Below, in pieces: positions 29,732 to 39,837 of a stretch of 64,000 nucleotides of DNA. Position numbers and translations under genes: made by a program. The notes beneath the pieces are model-generated. The model saw nothing but the letters and a program-made list of their open reading frames with translations. It was not told the origin of the DNA and ran no database searches. The DNA is from Thermodesulfobacteriota bacterium (GTDB lineage: Bacteria; Desulfobacterota_D; UBA1144; Nemesobacterales; UBA2774): contig OZ244197.1 in NCBI GenBank assembly GCA_965216785.1, forward strand, positions 1,920,001-1,984,000. Reading direction: 5' to 3'. Each line of letters opens with the position of its first letter. Position 1 is the stretch's first letter.

Positions 29732-29998
29732 ATGGCTTATATTATTGCTGAACCGTGTCTGGAAGTTAAAGATAAAGCTTGCGTAGAAGCGTGTCCCGTA
29801 GACTGCATATATGAGGGTGATAAGATGCTCTACATACACCCCGAAGAATGTATCGACTGCGGAGCCTGTGTAGACCCGTGTCCGGTGGATGCCATTTATC
29901 ATGAAGACGAGCTTCCAGAGAAGTGGAACGATTATATCGCTATAAACGCGGACTTCTTTGAAGGTAAAGAGGGGCTTGAGCCCGCTCGTAAGGATTGA
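29732..29998 (+). CDS. 7Fe ferredoxin ([3Fe-4S]+[4Fe-4S], FdxA type)
   Basis: [18 protein letters not shown] and [12 protein letters not shown]. Confidence 0.93.
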   Translation: MAYIIAEPCLEVKDKACVEACPVDCIYEGDKMLYIHPEECIDCGACVDPCPVDAIYHEDELPEKWNDYIAINADFFEGKEGLEPARKD

Positions 29999-30038
29999 CT
30001 CTAAGTCAGTCAGAAAGTTTTAAAATAGAAAATTACCT

Positions 30039-30072
30039 AAGGGGATGCGCCGAGTGTGCATCCCCTTTTTTT
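30039..30072 (+). terminator. Intrinsic terminator after ferredoxin
   Basis: aaggggatgcgc-cgagt-gtgcatcccc-T run. Confidence 0.85.
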
Positions 30073-30132
30073 ATGTTTTCACAAGGTAGTTTAAAATATA
30101 TGCACCTTATTTCTAAAGGTTTGGTGATGAAT

Positions 30133-30219
30133 TCACCCCCACCTTTAATCCTCCCCCGTGAAGGGGGAGGGTAAAAAAGATTTCTTCCCCCCAGCGCGGG
30201 GGAAGGTTAGGATGGGGGG
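30133..30219. repeat. Paired inverted REP-like element (CCCCACCTTTAATCCTCCCCC...GGGGGAGG family)
   Basis: Two oppositely oriented C/G-run hairpins upstream of nth. Confidence 0.65.
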
Positions 30220-30244
30220 ATAGAATAAAGAGGACTAGCAGCTC

Positions 30245-30916
30245 TTGAACAAAAAGACGCCGATAAAAAAATCCGAGTCTCAGAAAGCTAAGAAAGAGAG
30301 GGCGCAGGAGATTGTCTCCATCCTGAAAGAAGAGTATCCAAACGCCCGCTGTCATTTGAATTACGAGAGCGCGCTCGAGCTTCTGATAGGGTGCATACTC
30401 TCTGCCCAGTGTACGGATAAGATGGTAAATTCAGTTACTCCCGCGCTTTTTGAGAAGTACCCCACTGCTGCCCATTTCTCGCGGGCGGACCGCCTGGAGC
30501 TTGAAGACGAGATACACTCATGCGGGTTTTACCGGGCCAAGGCAAAGTCCATTATAGGCTGCACTACAGCGCTTGCCGAGGACCACGACGGCGTGGTGCC
30601 GAAAACCATGGACAAGCTGACAAAGCTTGCCGGAGTGGGAAGGAAGACGGCAAACGTCGTTTTAGGGAATTACTACGGAGTCCCGGGCATCATTGTCGAT
30701 ACGCACATTAAGAGACTCTCTAACAGGCTTGATCTCACGAAAAATTCCGACCCGACAAAGATAGAATATGACCTTCAAAAGCTCATACCAGAGCAGAAGT
30801 GGACTTTCTTCTCTAACTCTCTTGGAGACCACGGTCGCACTGTTTGCTTCGCAAGAAAGCCAAAGTGCGGGGAATGTGCTCTCAGCCACCTGTGCCCTTC
30901 GGCGGGGAAGGTGTGA
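30245..30916 (+). CDS. nth: Endonuclease III
   Basis: LSAQCTD, LAGVGRKTANVV, VDTH, CFARKPKCGECALSHLC Fe-S motif. Confidence 0.96.
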   Translation: MNKKTPIKKSESQKAKKERAQEIVSILKEEYPNARCHLNYESALELLIGCILSAQCTDKMVNSVTPALFEKYPTAAHFSRADRLELEDEIHSCGFYRAKAKSIIGCTTALAEDHDGVVPKTMDKLTKLAGVGRKTANVVLGNYYGVPGIIVDTHIKRLSNRLDLTKNSDPTKIEYDLQKLIPEQKWTFFSNSLGDHGRTVCFARKPKCGECALSHLCPSAGKV

Positions 30917-30990
30917 AGAATTTATCCAAGCTTGCCATTTTGCAAGTAATCTGTGTAATATCATTCAGTGAGTAAACATGGAGGTAGGTA

Positions 30991-31344
30991 ATGTCCGAAG
31001 CGATAATGAAGCACCATTTGGACGCGTTCGGGAAGCGTGATGTTGAAGAGATTCTTAAGGACTACACGGAGGATTCGACCATAATTACCCCTGACGCCGT
31101 AATAAAGGGACTCGATGCTATAAGAATGCAGTACGAGATTGTTACTAAGACCCTGCTGCCTGCGGGTGCCGAGTTTGTGGTTACAAAAAATGTAGCGGAT
31201 GACAACGTGGGGTATCTGATCTGGCACGCTGAGTCCGAATATTTTAAAGTCCCTTTCGCAACCGATACATTTGTCTTCGAGGGCGGGAAGATAAAAACCC
31301 ATACTATTGCTTTTGTAATGGAAGGAAAGCACCATGCCGACTGA
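30991..31344 (+). CDS. SnoaL/NTF2-like protein
   Basis: HHLDAFGKRDVEEILKDYTEDS, TDTFVFEGGKI. Confidence 0.85.
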   Translation: MSEAIMKHHLDAFGKRDVEEILKDYTEDSTIITPDAVIKGLDAIRMQYEIVTKTLLPAGAEFVVTKNVADDNVGYLIWHAESEYFKVPFATDTFVFEGGKIKTHTIAFVMEGKHHAD

Positions 31345-31387
31345 ACGCTCTGGTAAGCCTCTCCCGCTGAGCAGCTTCTAGCTGGAA

Positions 31388-32134
31388 TCAGCGTATTGAG
31401 TACTCCATGGTGACCACGGCTTTTACGCTCTTTTCGATTGTAGAGGTATCATACATTCCGTAATTCGCAACCTCTGTCGAGTGTACGGGGGTTATCTGAA
31501 AAACTCCCTGGCTCGCGTATTTAAGAGCCCCGACTTTGCTCCCGCTATTTTCTGCGAGCTGCTGGGCTCTCATGGCGGCGTTCTTTGTCGCTTCGCCTAA
31601 AAGCTCAATTTTCATATCATCAAGCTTCGTGTAAAAGTACTGAGGGGAAAAGGAATCAATTTCTATACCATCCTTGATGAGGGCGGTAATTTCGCCTGCG
31701 ATATTAGTAACTTGATTTATATCCGGGGACGTGATTTTTACAGTTTGAACCAGTATATAACCTTCTACTATATTCGTTATCGACCCGTTTGCGGTTCTCT
31801 TGTACTGAATTGTCGTAATAACCGAAGGTATAGAGATGTCCTCCTTGCGAACTCCATGCTGCTGGAGATATAAGAGCACTTTGCCCAGATCCGCTTGCAG
31901 GTTATCATACGCGCTGACAAGCTCGGGTGAGCGTGTGGTTATCTGCCCGCTCCAGACCGCAATGTCCGAAGTGATAGCGCGCTCTGCAAACCCTTTGACC
32001 GTTATCCTCTGGTTTTGGAACTTTACGGTTTGCACGGTTTTTGCGATAATGAGTGTTCCTATGACGATCCCTACCGCAAGCAATGCTCCCAGAAGAGTAA
32101 GCCCGAGCCATGATTTAGAATTTTGATTAGCCAT
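31388..32134 (-). CDS. SIMPL domain (DUF541) periplasmic protein
   Basis: ITVKGFAER, EATKNAAMRAQQLAENSG, ASQGVFQI. Confidence 0.88.
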   Translation of the reverse strand: MANQNSKSWLGLTLLGALLAVGIVIGTLIIAKTVQTVKFQNQRITVKGFAERAITSDIAVWSGQITTRSPELVSAYDNLQADLGKVLLYLQQHGVRKEDISIPSVITTIQYKRTANGSITNIVEGYILVQTVKITSPDINQVTNIAGEITALIKDGIEIDSFSPQYFYTKLDDMKIELLGEATKNAAMRAQQLAENSGSKVGALKYASQGVFQITPVHSTEVANYGMYDTSTIEKSVKAVVTMEYSIR

Positions 32135-32249
32135 TCTGTATGCGCTTCCCTTTAATAGATATGATAATATGTCAATAGAATATAGTGCTGTCTGTTAAGA
32201 ATCTAGTAAAATTTGCACCTAACTGTTAAATAAGTGCCAGTATTGCGGT

Positions 32250-32276
32250 AGATTGCCTTGCCTCGCTCGCAATGAC
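32250..32276. repeat. REP-like repeat GATTGC...CTCGCAATGAC, copy 3
   Basis: agattgccttgcctcgctcgcaatgac. Confidence 0.65.
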
Positions 32277-32313
32277 TGCAATAGGATAAACCTGTATAAT
32301 TAAAACCATTATC

Positions 32314-33258
32314 ATGAAAGAGCGGTACAGGAACTATAGGACATATATAAATGAAATGTTCGGGGAAAGAGTAAATAAGCTTTCTGTGGACATGGGGTTT
32401 ACGTGTCCGAACCGCGACGGCTCGATCGCCCAGGGTGGGTGCGTATACTGCAATAACGACAGCTTTGTGCCCCCTTACGCGAGGGTGCGGCACACTATGC
32501 GGGACCAGATCGAGAACGGCATGGAGTATCTAAAAAAGCGGTTCAAGGCAAGGAAATTTATCATTTATTTCCAGGCGTATACGAACACATACGCAGACGT
32601 CGCAGAGCTTGAGCAAATGTACCGCGAAGCGCTCTCATACCCAGATGTCGTGGGCATAGCGGTGGGTACGCGCTCAGATTGTATAGACGAGGAAAAGCTC
32701 GGCATGTTTGAGAGGCTCGCCCGTGAGTGCTATGTCACAGTCGAGTACGGTATCGAGTCTATTTACGATGAGACGCTGAAGTTCATGAACCGCGGGCATG
32801 ATTACAAGTCTGTTGTGGACGCAATAGAGCTTACCAAGGGGAGGGGGATAGAGATAGGAGCGCACATTATTGTCGGTATGCCCACAGAGACCAAAGAGCA
32901 GATGCTCGCTATGGCGGACGAGGTATCGACGCTTGGGCTGGATACCTTTAAAGTGCATAATCTTCATATCGTAAAAAACACACAACTTGAGAGGATGTAC
33001 CGCGCCGAGCCGTTTCAGATGTTCGGGTTCGAGGAATATATAGAGTTTATCGTGACGTTCCTTGAAAGGCTCGCTCCCGATTTAGTTGTCGAGAGGCTAT
33101 TTACCGATACTCCATATGAGCTTCTTGTAGCTCCGGTATGGGAAAAGTCTCATCTTCAGGTTCTTCAGGGGATTGAGGCTGAGCTTAAGAGAAGGGGGAC
33201 TTATCAGGGAGCGCTGTACGGCGGGGCGTTCAAGAGCGCAAGTCCCGGGCTGCTTTAA
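32314..33258 (+). CDS. Radical SAM protein, YhcC/TIGR01212 family
   Basis: GFTCPNRDG..GGCVYCN, YFQAYTNTY, GTRSDC, RGH. Confidence 0.93.
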   Translation: MKERYRNYRTYINEMFGERVNKLSVDMGFTCPNRDGSIAQGGCVYCNNDSFVPPYARVRHTMRDQIENGMEYLKKRFKARKFIIYFQAYTNTYADVAELEQMYREALSYPDVVGIAVGTRSDCIDEEKLGMFERLARECYVTVEYGIESIYDETLKFMNRGHDYKSVVDAIELTKGRGIEIGAHIIVGMPTETKEQMLAMADEVSTLGLDTFKVHNLHIVKNTQLERMYRAEPFQMFGFEEYIEFIVTFLERLAPDLVVERLFTDTPYELLVAPVWEKSHLQVLQGIEAELKRRGTYQGALYGGAFKSASPGLL

Positions 33259-33355
33259 CACTGAAAGAATTGCTAAGAATTTATATAAACCCTAGAACTG
33301 GATGCTATAATATCTACTTGCGAAAAGAGCGCATATTATACGGAGGTAATAGAAA

Positions 33356-34096
33356 TTGATTAAAAGCTCTAATCCTGCACTTGGAAAGAAGACTTTTGAG
33401 GCTTACGACACGACCCTTCCCATGGAAGGGCGGATGACCATTAACGGTACTATTAATAAGACCGTAATTCTACTTGTGCTGCTTATGATTCCCGCCTACT
33501 GGATGTGGGGTATGTTCTCTCAGTCAGGTGCTGAGGCTGTTACCCCGTGGCTATACGGGGGACTTTTCGGCGGATTGATATTCGCCTTCGCTACGATATT
33601 CAAAAAAACCTGGTCGCCTTTTACGGCGCCTATCTACGCGCTGCTAGAAGGCCTGTTCATTGGCGGAATTTCGGCGATATTCGAGGCACAGTTCCCTGGA
33701 ATAGTGTTTCAAGCCGTAGCTCTTACGTTCGGTACGCTGTTTTCTTTACTGGTGGCTTACCGTTCCGGGCTAATCAAGGTGACGCAGAAGTTCAGGCTGG
33801 GTGTCGTCGCGGCCACAGGCGCCATATTCCTCGTTTACTTCGTGTCTTTAATCATCGGATTTTTCGGCGTTAACGTGCCCTTTATTTATTCGGGCGGAAC
33901 TTTCGGTATACTTTTCAGCCTGTTCGTCGTGGTGATTGCTGCGCTCAACCTGGTGCTTGATTTTGACTTCATAGAACAGGGCGCTGAGCACGGGGCCCCT
34001 AAATTTATGGAATGGTACGGGGCGTTCGGGCTTATAATTACACTAGTATGGCTGTATATTGAGTTTTTGAGACTGCTGTCCAAAGTTAGACAGTAA
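33356..34096 (+). CDS. Bax inhibitor-1/YccA family membrane protein
   Basis: SSNP N-terminus, 7 TM, LDFDFIE, LVWLYIEFLRLLSK. Confidence 0.9.
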   Translation: MIKSSNPALGKKTFEAYDTTLPMEGRMTINGTINKTVILLVLLMIPAYWMWGMFSQSGAEAVTPWLYGGLFGGLIFAFATIFKKTWSPFTAPIYALLEGLFIGGISAIFEAQFPGIVFQAVALTFGTLFSLLVAYRSGLIKVTQKFRLGVVAATGAIFLVYFVSLIIGFFGVNVPFIYSGGTFGILFSLFVVVIAALNLVLDFDFIEQGAEHGAPKFMEWYGAFGLIITLVWLYIEFLRLLSKVRQ

Positions 34097-34121
34097 AAAT
34101 TCTTTTTCGCGGAGGATTTAG

Positions 34122-34637
34122 ATGACCTACTTAACAAATCACTGTAAAAAGCTGCTGCTACTTGCCGCTCTACTTTTAATACCGCTCTCTGGCGCGTTTG
34201 CTCAGGTTGATCAAAGCACTCCTGAAGCGCTGGGGAAGAGTAAGGCGGTCGCCACTCAGGCTAAGGACAAGACCGCTCTAAAGGGGCTTATTCACCCTGA
34301 AGTTGTAAAACATATGCAAAAGCACGAACCGCAGAAGCTGGAGGAAATCCTGAACGCGTGGACAGTGATCGCGATTCCGGAAAATTATCTCCTGGCGGTA
34401 AAGCCGGTGAATGAGATAGGAGAATATAATGCCGAGACTCAGACTATGAACGTGACCGGCCAGGAAATGTATTTCCCTGTGCCCCCGTCTCACTTCATGG
34501 TAATAGTCGCGGAAACGCAAAAGACCGATAGCGAGGGAAATACCAAGACTGTGAGGGTTCCTCTGGGTATCGACCCCATCACTCAGGTCGGCGGTAAGTG
34601 GTACATTATCCTTCCCGGAGTCAAAGAAGCGCAGTAG
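34122..34637 (+). CDS. Hypothetical secreted protein
   Basis: Signal peptide ending AFA; GGAGG SD. Confidence 0.7.
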   Translation: MTYLTNHCKKLLLLAALLLIPLSGAFAQVDQSTPEALGKSKAVATQAKDKTALKGLIHPEVVKHMQKHEPQKLEEILNAWTVIAIPENYLLAVKPVNEIGEYNAETQTMNVTGQEMYFPVPPSHFMVIVAETQKTDSEGNTKTVRVPLGIDPITQVGGKWYIILPGVKEAQ

Positions 34638-34698
34638 CATGCTTCTTTGAGCGCGGCTACAGTGGCGGCTTAGAACTACTCTGATTATACTCTTTTAA

Positions 34699-35124
34699 GT
34701 GAGCACAGACAGCGGTGATCCAGATTATACAGGGCCGGTAGTTCTCTTTGACGGGGTCTGCAACCTTTGCAGCGGTTCTGTCAGGTTTATCATCGATCGG
34801 GACCCCGGGGGCGTATTCAAATTCGCTCCGCTGCAGTCCGAAACTTCAAAAAGCATTCTTGATAGGCTCGGCCTTCCGACCGATAGTTTAGATACGTTTA
34901 TATTAGTCGAGGACGGGAAATGCTATGTCCGCTCCGAAGCGGCGCTCAGGGTGGCCCGCCGGCTGGGAGGGGCGTGGGCATTGCTGTATATATTTGTCAT
35001 TATCCCCCGGCCGATAAGGGACTATCTGTACGGAACAGTCGCGAGGCATAGATACGAGTGGTTTGGAAAGCGCGAGCAGTGTATGGTGCCCGAACCCGGA
35101 GACCAAGAGAGGTTTCTCAAGTAA
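34699..35124 (+). CDS. DCC1-like thiol-disulfide oxidoreductase (DUF393)
   Basis: VLFDGVCNLC, FAPLQS, YGTVARHRYEWFG..C. Confidence 0.92.
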   Translation: MSTDSGDPDYTGPVVLFDGVCNLCSGSVRFIIDRDPGGVFKFAPLQSETSKSILDRLGLPTDSLDTFILVEDGKCYVRSEAALRVARRLGGAWALLYIFVIIPRPIRDYLYGTVARHRYEWFGKREQCMVPEPGDQERFLK

Positions 35125-35214
35125 TTTAAGCAGTAATTTTCTCTTACTTGGGACGATTTGCATAAAAATTTTGACGAACGGGCCGCAAAGTTTTATTATG
35201 TGATTTAATATGGG

Positions 35215-35418
35215 GACAGAGGCGAGCGTTTTCGTGCGATGCCTGCAGGATAAAATAAAGCAGACAGAGGCGAGCGTTTTCGTGCGATGCCTGCAGGATA
35301 AAATAAAGCAGACAGAGGCGAGCGTTTTCGTGCGATGCCTGCAGGATAAAATAAAGCAGACAGAGGCGAGCGCTTTCGTGCGATGCCTGCAGGATAAAAT
35401 AAAGCAGACAGCGATGCC
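35215..35418. repeat. Tandem repeat: 4 x 48 bp plus a partial unit
   Basis: gacagaggcgagcgttttcgtgcgatgcctgcaggataaaataaagca at 35215, 35263, 35311, 35359 (one mismatch in the 4th unit); no spacers. Confidence 0.95.
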
Positions 35419-35458
35419 TAAGCGGAAATAAAATCAGAAAAAGTAAGGAGGGCATAAG

Positions 35459-35989
35459 ATGGCAAGCTTAGTAGATCGGATGATAAGGGCTTCAAAGCTC
35501 GACGTGAATCTGTACGAGGAGGTTGAGGCCGACCAGGGCTCGATGGGCCAGGCGATTTCGGTAGTTGTAATCTCTAGTATCGCCTCGGGAATCGGTGCGA
35601 TGGGGGTAGTCGGTATCAGCGGAATAATTGTTGGTGCCGTAGCCGCTCTAATAGGATGGGTGGTGTGGGCGTTTCTTGCATATATTATAGGCACAAAGCT
35701 ATTGCCTGAGCCTCAGACAAAGTCCGACATAGGAGAGGTCCTGCGAACTACCGGGTTTGCGAGCTCTCCGGGCGTGTTTCGCATTCTGGCGTTTATTCCA
35801 CTAGTCGGCGCCTTGATATCTATCGCCGCGAGCATATGGATGCTGGTCGCTATGATCATCGCCATCCGGCAGGCTCTTGATTACAAGAGCACCTGGCGCG
35901 CTATTTTGGTATGCGTGATCGGTTTTATAATCTATGTAGTAATAGTTGGGTTTATCCTCTCATTCTTCTTGCCATCGGCTGTTATTTAG
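35459..35989 (+). CDS. YIP1 family membrane protein
   Basis: LYEEVEAD, LRTTGFASSPG, AIRQALD; about 5 TM. Confidence 0.85.
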   Translation: MASLVDRMIRASKLDVNLYEEVEADQGSMGQAISVVVISSIASGIGAMGVVGISGIIVGAVAALIGWVVWAFLAYIIGTKLLPEPQTKSDIGEVLRTTGFASSPGVFRILAFIPLVGALISIAASIWMLVAMIIAIRQALDYKSTWRAILVCVIGFIIYVVIVGFILSFFLPSAVI

Positions 35990-36125
35990 CCTGGTATTGA
36001 AGCTTGGGTGCTCTGAAGTGTTCACAGGAAATATTTGCTAGGTTTTTTCGGGCCCGATTGGGTATAGTTATAGCAAATTTCTTCTCCGAAGATTTACGAA
36101 TAACCAATAAAGGAGCATTAATCAG

Positions 36126-36659
36126 GTGTTAATCAGCAGAATACTAAGGGCGCTCACGTTAGATCCGCATCTTTTTGAGGAAGTAGAGCATGATAAGACC
36201 GCCACGGTGCAGGCAGTAGTAATCATGCTTCTTTCAAGCGCCGCTGCTGGTCTGGGCGCAGTAAAAGTAGGGGGTATATGGGGGCTTCTTGTTGCGACAG
36301 CGCTGTCCTTTGCCGGATGGGTAGTAATGGCGGGCTTGATCTACGTAATAGGCACCAAGCTCTTCCCCGAGTCTCAGACCAGGACCACAATCGGCGAGCT
36401 GATAAGGGTGCTCGGGTTTGCCAGCGCTCCGGGCCTATTGAGAGTAGTGGCGTTTTTCATCCCTTACTTAAGCGCGCTTGTGCTTCTTGTAATCTGGATA
36501 TGGATCTTCGTTGCGATGGTCGTGGCTACGAGACAGGCCCTTGATTTCAAAAACACCTGGAACGCTATATGGGTGTGTGTCGTGGGCATAATCGCATACG
36601 GACTTGTATATGTGCTCCTGCTATTCGCTTACGGGCTTCCCAAACCTATATGGTCGTAA
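36126..36659 (+). CDS. YIP1 family membrane protein (tandem paralogue)
   Basis: FEEVEHD, RVLGFASAPG, ATRQALD; clearly similar to the upstream gene. Confidence 0.85.
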   Translation: MLISRILRALTLDPHLFEEVEHDKTATVQAVVIMLLSSAAAGLGAVKVGGIWGLLVATALSFAGWVVMAGLIYVIGTKLFPESQTRTTIGELIRVLGFASAPGLLRVVAFFIPYLSALVLLVIWIWIFVAMVVATRQALDFKNTWNAIWVCVVGIIAYGLVYVLLLFAYGLPKPIWS

Positions 36660-38141
36660 GTATGCTTTGTTGTAATATCCTTAAACAGTAGAAAACCATA
36701 TAACCCTATGGAAGGACAAAGCGGAATAAAGCACTGTAAATACTAAGCGTTTTTATACCCGGCATAAATAGCAATCGTTAACGTGCCTTAAGCTGTGGAT
36801 AGCACAAGCAGTACACGGAATATAAAAAATCCGTTTCAATTGCGGATAGATTGCGGATAGCAATTATTTAAAACTGATCTATAGAGAATATCAAATAGAC
36901 AAAAGGATATATCTGTTTTATTATGCATTAGTGCTGTATTGATTGGGGATAATGTTAAGTGCTTAGAAATAGACGATGATAAAATCTAGCTTATATCTTG
37001 TTTCATCCATCTTTTGTGTTCTGATTAGTTGTAGTAATAACCAGCAAACAACATCTATAAATAATTGCAATAAAGTACAGCAGTCTTATGCCTCTGGTTT
37101 GTCTAATCTATATTCTAGCCAATATGAAAATGCTATACAAAATTTCACAGATGTGTTGAATATCAAAAATATATCAAATTGCACGCCAAACCCAATAAGT
37201 GATGTTGCTCCTTCTTTTTATAGAAATAGCGATGGTATTCCTATTATCTATAAAAATAGAGGAATTGCTTACTTTAATTTAGGGGATCCGTTTAAAGCTA
37301 AGAGAGACTTTGAAAAATCTATATCTCTGATTGAGGATTCACAAGATAAACCCTTACTCTTAATAGAAGAAAGCATTTTAGCAGAACTTTATGTTTACAA
37401 GGGAAAAGCCATACAAAAGATGTTTATTCAAACTAACCATCCTGATTCCATCGAAGCTTTTAGAATGTCCTATAAGTATGATCCAAGAGGTCTTTGGATA
37501 AATCCTGATGTTAAGAAATATAAAAAAGACGCAGATGACTTATATTTGTCAGCGGCAGCTTTAGAATTTAAATCAGACAAAAAATCAAAAGAATTGTTCG
37601 AATACGGCATGAATGAGGCTTTGATTTTATATATCAAATATCTGGAGCATAATCCAGCAGATGCAGGAGTGCATGGCAGTGTTGGAAGAATATACATGAG
37701 GCAATCTAAATTTCATGAGGCAATTCAAAGTTGTAACATAGCAATAAGCATTGACCCTATGAATAGTTGGGATCATTTCAATCGCGCTTACGCGAAAAGT
37801 GAGTTAGGAGATAATAGAGGAGCAATATTAGATTTAGACAAAGCCATAAATTTAGACCCTCAATTCAAGGAAGCATACTATAATAGGGGTCTTGCAAAAT
37901 ATAATTTGGGAATATTGGATGATGCGTGTTTTGATTTATCGAAAGCAGGTGAGTTAGGTTTTGCTCAAGCCTATAAGGTTATAAAAGAAAATTGTAATTG
38001 ACTTTTAGATACTTCTGAAAAAAAAGAGACTGCTTTGCGGACAGATTACGGATAAAAACAACAGAACCTTCTAAAATGCCTTTATTTACAAGGGCTTTAT
38101 AGCTTTGCTTACGGGCTTCCAAAGCCTATATGGTCGTAAGT
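36627..38141. mobile_element. Integrative islet remnant in the 3' end of the Yip1 gene (att-like direct repeats, no integrase)
   Basis: 35-bp repeats at 36627-36661 and 38107-38141 (2 mismatches); AT-rich interior; paired ttgcggatag-type repeats at 36840-36860 and 38035-38055. Confidence 0.75.
36976..38001 (+). CDS. TPR-repeat lipoprotein (AT-rich islet cargo)
   Basis: Lipobox LISC; TPRs (YKNRGIAY, AYYNRGLAK, ACFDLSKAGELG). Confidence 0.85.
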   Translation: MIKSSLYLVSSIFCVLISCSNNQQTTSINNCNKVQQSYASGLSNLYSSQYENAIQNFTDVLNIKNISNCTPNPISDVAPSFYRNSDGIPIIYKNRGIAYFNLGDPFKAKRDFEKSISLIEDSQDKPLLLIEESILAELYVYKGKAIQKMFIQTNHPDSIEAFRMSYKYDPRGLWINPDVKKYKKDADDLYLSAAALEFKSDKKSKELFEYGMNEALILYIKYLEHNPADAGVHGSVGRIYMRQSKFHEAIQSCNIAISIDPMNSWDHFNRAYAKSELGDNRGAILDLDKAINLDPQFKEAYYNRGLAKYNLGILDDACFDLSKAGELGFAQAYKVIKENCN

Positions 38142-38234
38142 GGTTTTTATCCCAGCGGGCATCGCTGTGTTTTGATTTTAAGCCCGCTCTCGCTCATAAA
38201 GGACATTCACTCGCGGCCCCCAGCCTCTGTCCCC
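38142..38234 (+). repeat. Related copy of the ~48-bp repeat family with an internal insertion
   Basis: tttatcccagcgggcatcgctgtg ... gcctctgtccccat; last 14 nt are the exact reverse complement of 35210-35223. Confidence 0.55.
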
Positions 38235-38235
38235 A

Positions 38236-39837
38236 TTAACCCCGGGCTTTTTCGGCTTTCTTGGCTTCGTCTTTTAGGATCTTGTAGTCGATACTATCCA
38301 CAAGCGCCTTCCAGCTGGCTTCGACAATGTTGTGAGATACCCCTACGGTACTCCAGTTGCTCTCGCCGTCCCCTGACTCGATCAGCACTCTGACAACGGC
38401 GTCCGTGCCTTGCTTGGTATTAAGCACCCTTACCCTGTAGTCTTTGAGCTTTACGTCTTTGAGGCTGGGATAGAACTTAACCAGGGCTTTTCTGAGCGCC
38501 TGGTCAATGGCGTTTACAGGGCCGTTGCCGATCGCGGCGGTATGCTCTGTCACGCCGTCCACCTGAACTACGAGTGTGGCCTCGGTCATCGGGTCGTCCC
38601 CTTCGGTGCGCTTGTCCGTCATAGTGCGGGCGCCTATGAGTTTAAAGGGTTTTCTATACTCGCCGAGCGCCTTTCTTACCAAAAGCTCAAAGGATGCGTC
38701 AGCGCCCTCAAACTCATACCCGTCGTTCTCAAGCTTCTTAAGCTCGTCGAGTATGGAGATCACTCGCTCGTCTTTAGGATCGAGTTCTACACCAAGCTCT
38801 TCGGCCTTATAAAGTATGTTGCTCCTGCCCGAGAGGTCTGAAACCAGGACGCGGCGCCTGTTGCCTACGATTTCGGGGTTTACGTGCTCGTAGGTATCCG
38901 GGTCTTTCATCACCGCGCTTACGTGGAGCCCCCCCTTGTGGGCGAAAGCGCTGTCACCGACGAATGGACGGTGCTTGATCGGAGGAAGGTTCGTAAGCTC
39001 ATGGATAAAGTGCGAAGTTTCATACAGCTTCTTGAGCTCGTCTTCCTCAAGGCAGTCGAATCCAAGTTTAATTTTCAGGTCCGGGATGATGGAGCAAAGG
39101 TTCGCGTTTCCGCAGCGCTCTCCGTAGCCGTTTATGGTACCTTGGATTTGCCTTGCCCCCTCTCTTACTGCATAAAGGGTGTTCGCGACTCCCATCTCGC
39201 CGTCGTTGTGGGTGTGAATGCCGAGACTCGCGCCGGGCAGGCTCTCTCTTACCTTCTTTACTATTTCCTCTACTTCCCACGGCATGGTGCCGCCGTTCGT
39301 ATCGCAGAGTACCACGACGTCCGTGCCTGCCTCATAGGCCGCGGTTATGGCTTTCAACGTATATTCAGGGTTTCGCTTAAACCCGTCAAAGAAATGCTCG
39401 GCGTCAAAAAACACCTCATCCGTGTGTTTCTTTAGATACTCAACTGAGTCGCTTATTATCTCCAGATTTTCATCGAGTCCGATTCTGAGGGCTTCTGTGA
39501 CGTGGAAGTCCCAGCTCTTTCCCACTATTGTAACAGCAGGGGTTTCGGCCTTTAGGAGCGCCTGAATGCTGGAGTCTTCTTCACATGTTTTTTTAGCGCG
39601 TCTCGTGCTTCCGAACGCGGCGAATTTTGCTTTTCTGAGCTTTACTTTCTTGGCTTCTTCAAAAAAACCCTCGTCGCGGTCGTTTGACCCGGGCCAGCCG
39701 CCTTCAATGTAGTGCACCCCTAGCTCGTCGAGTTTTTGAGCGATGCGGATCTTATCGTGAATGGAAAAGGAGATGTCCTCTCCCTGTGTGCCGTCTCTAA
39801 GTGTTACGTCGTATATCTTTACAAAATTATCGCTCAT
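38236..39837 (-). CDS. cimA: Citramalate synthase (LeuA/CimA family)
   Basis: [43 protein letters not shown]-terminal regulatory domain. Confidence 0.93.
   Translation of the reverse strand: MSDNFVKIYDVTLRDGTQGEDISFSIHDKIRIAQKLDELGVHYIEGGWPGSNDRDEGFFEEAKKVKLRKAKFAAFGSTRRAKKTCEEDSSIQALLKAETPAVTIVGKSWDFHVTEALRIGLDENLEIISDSVEYLKKHTDEVFFDAEHFFDGFKRNPEYTLKAITAAYEAGTDVVVLCDTNGGTMPWEVEEIVKKVRESLPGASLGIHTHNDGEMGVANTLYAVREGARQIQGTINGYGERCGNANLCSIIPDLKIKLGFDCLEEDELKKLYETSHFIHELTNLPPIKHRPFVGDSAFAHKGGLHVSAVMKDPDTYEHVNPEIVGNRRRVLVSDLSGRSNILYKAEELGVELDPKDERVISILDELKKLENDGYEFEGADASFELLVRKALGEYRKPFKLIGARTMTDKRTEGDDPMTEATLVVQVDGVTEHTAAIGNGPVNAIDQALRKALVKFYPSLKDVKLKDYRVRVLNTKQGTDAVVRVLIESGDGESNWSTVGVSHNIVEASWKALVDSIDYKILKDEAKKAEKARG

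Noticed and set aside
35215-35418. Possible CRISPR array
   Set aside because: Units are contiguous with no unique spacers, and there are no cas genes in the window
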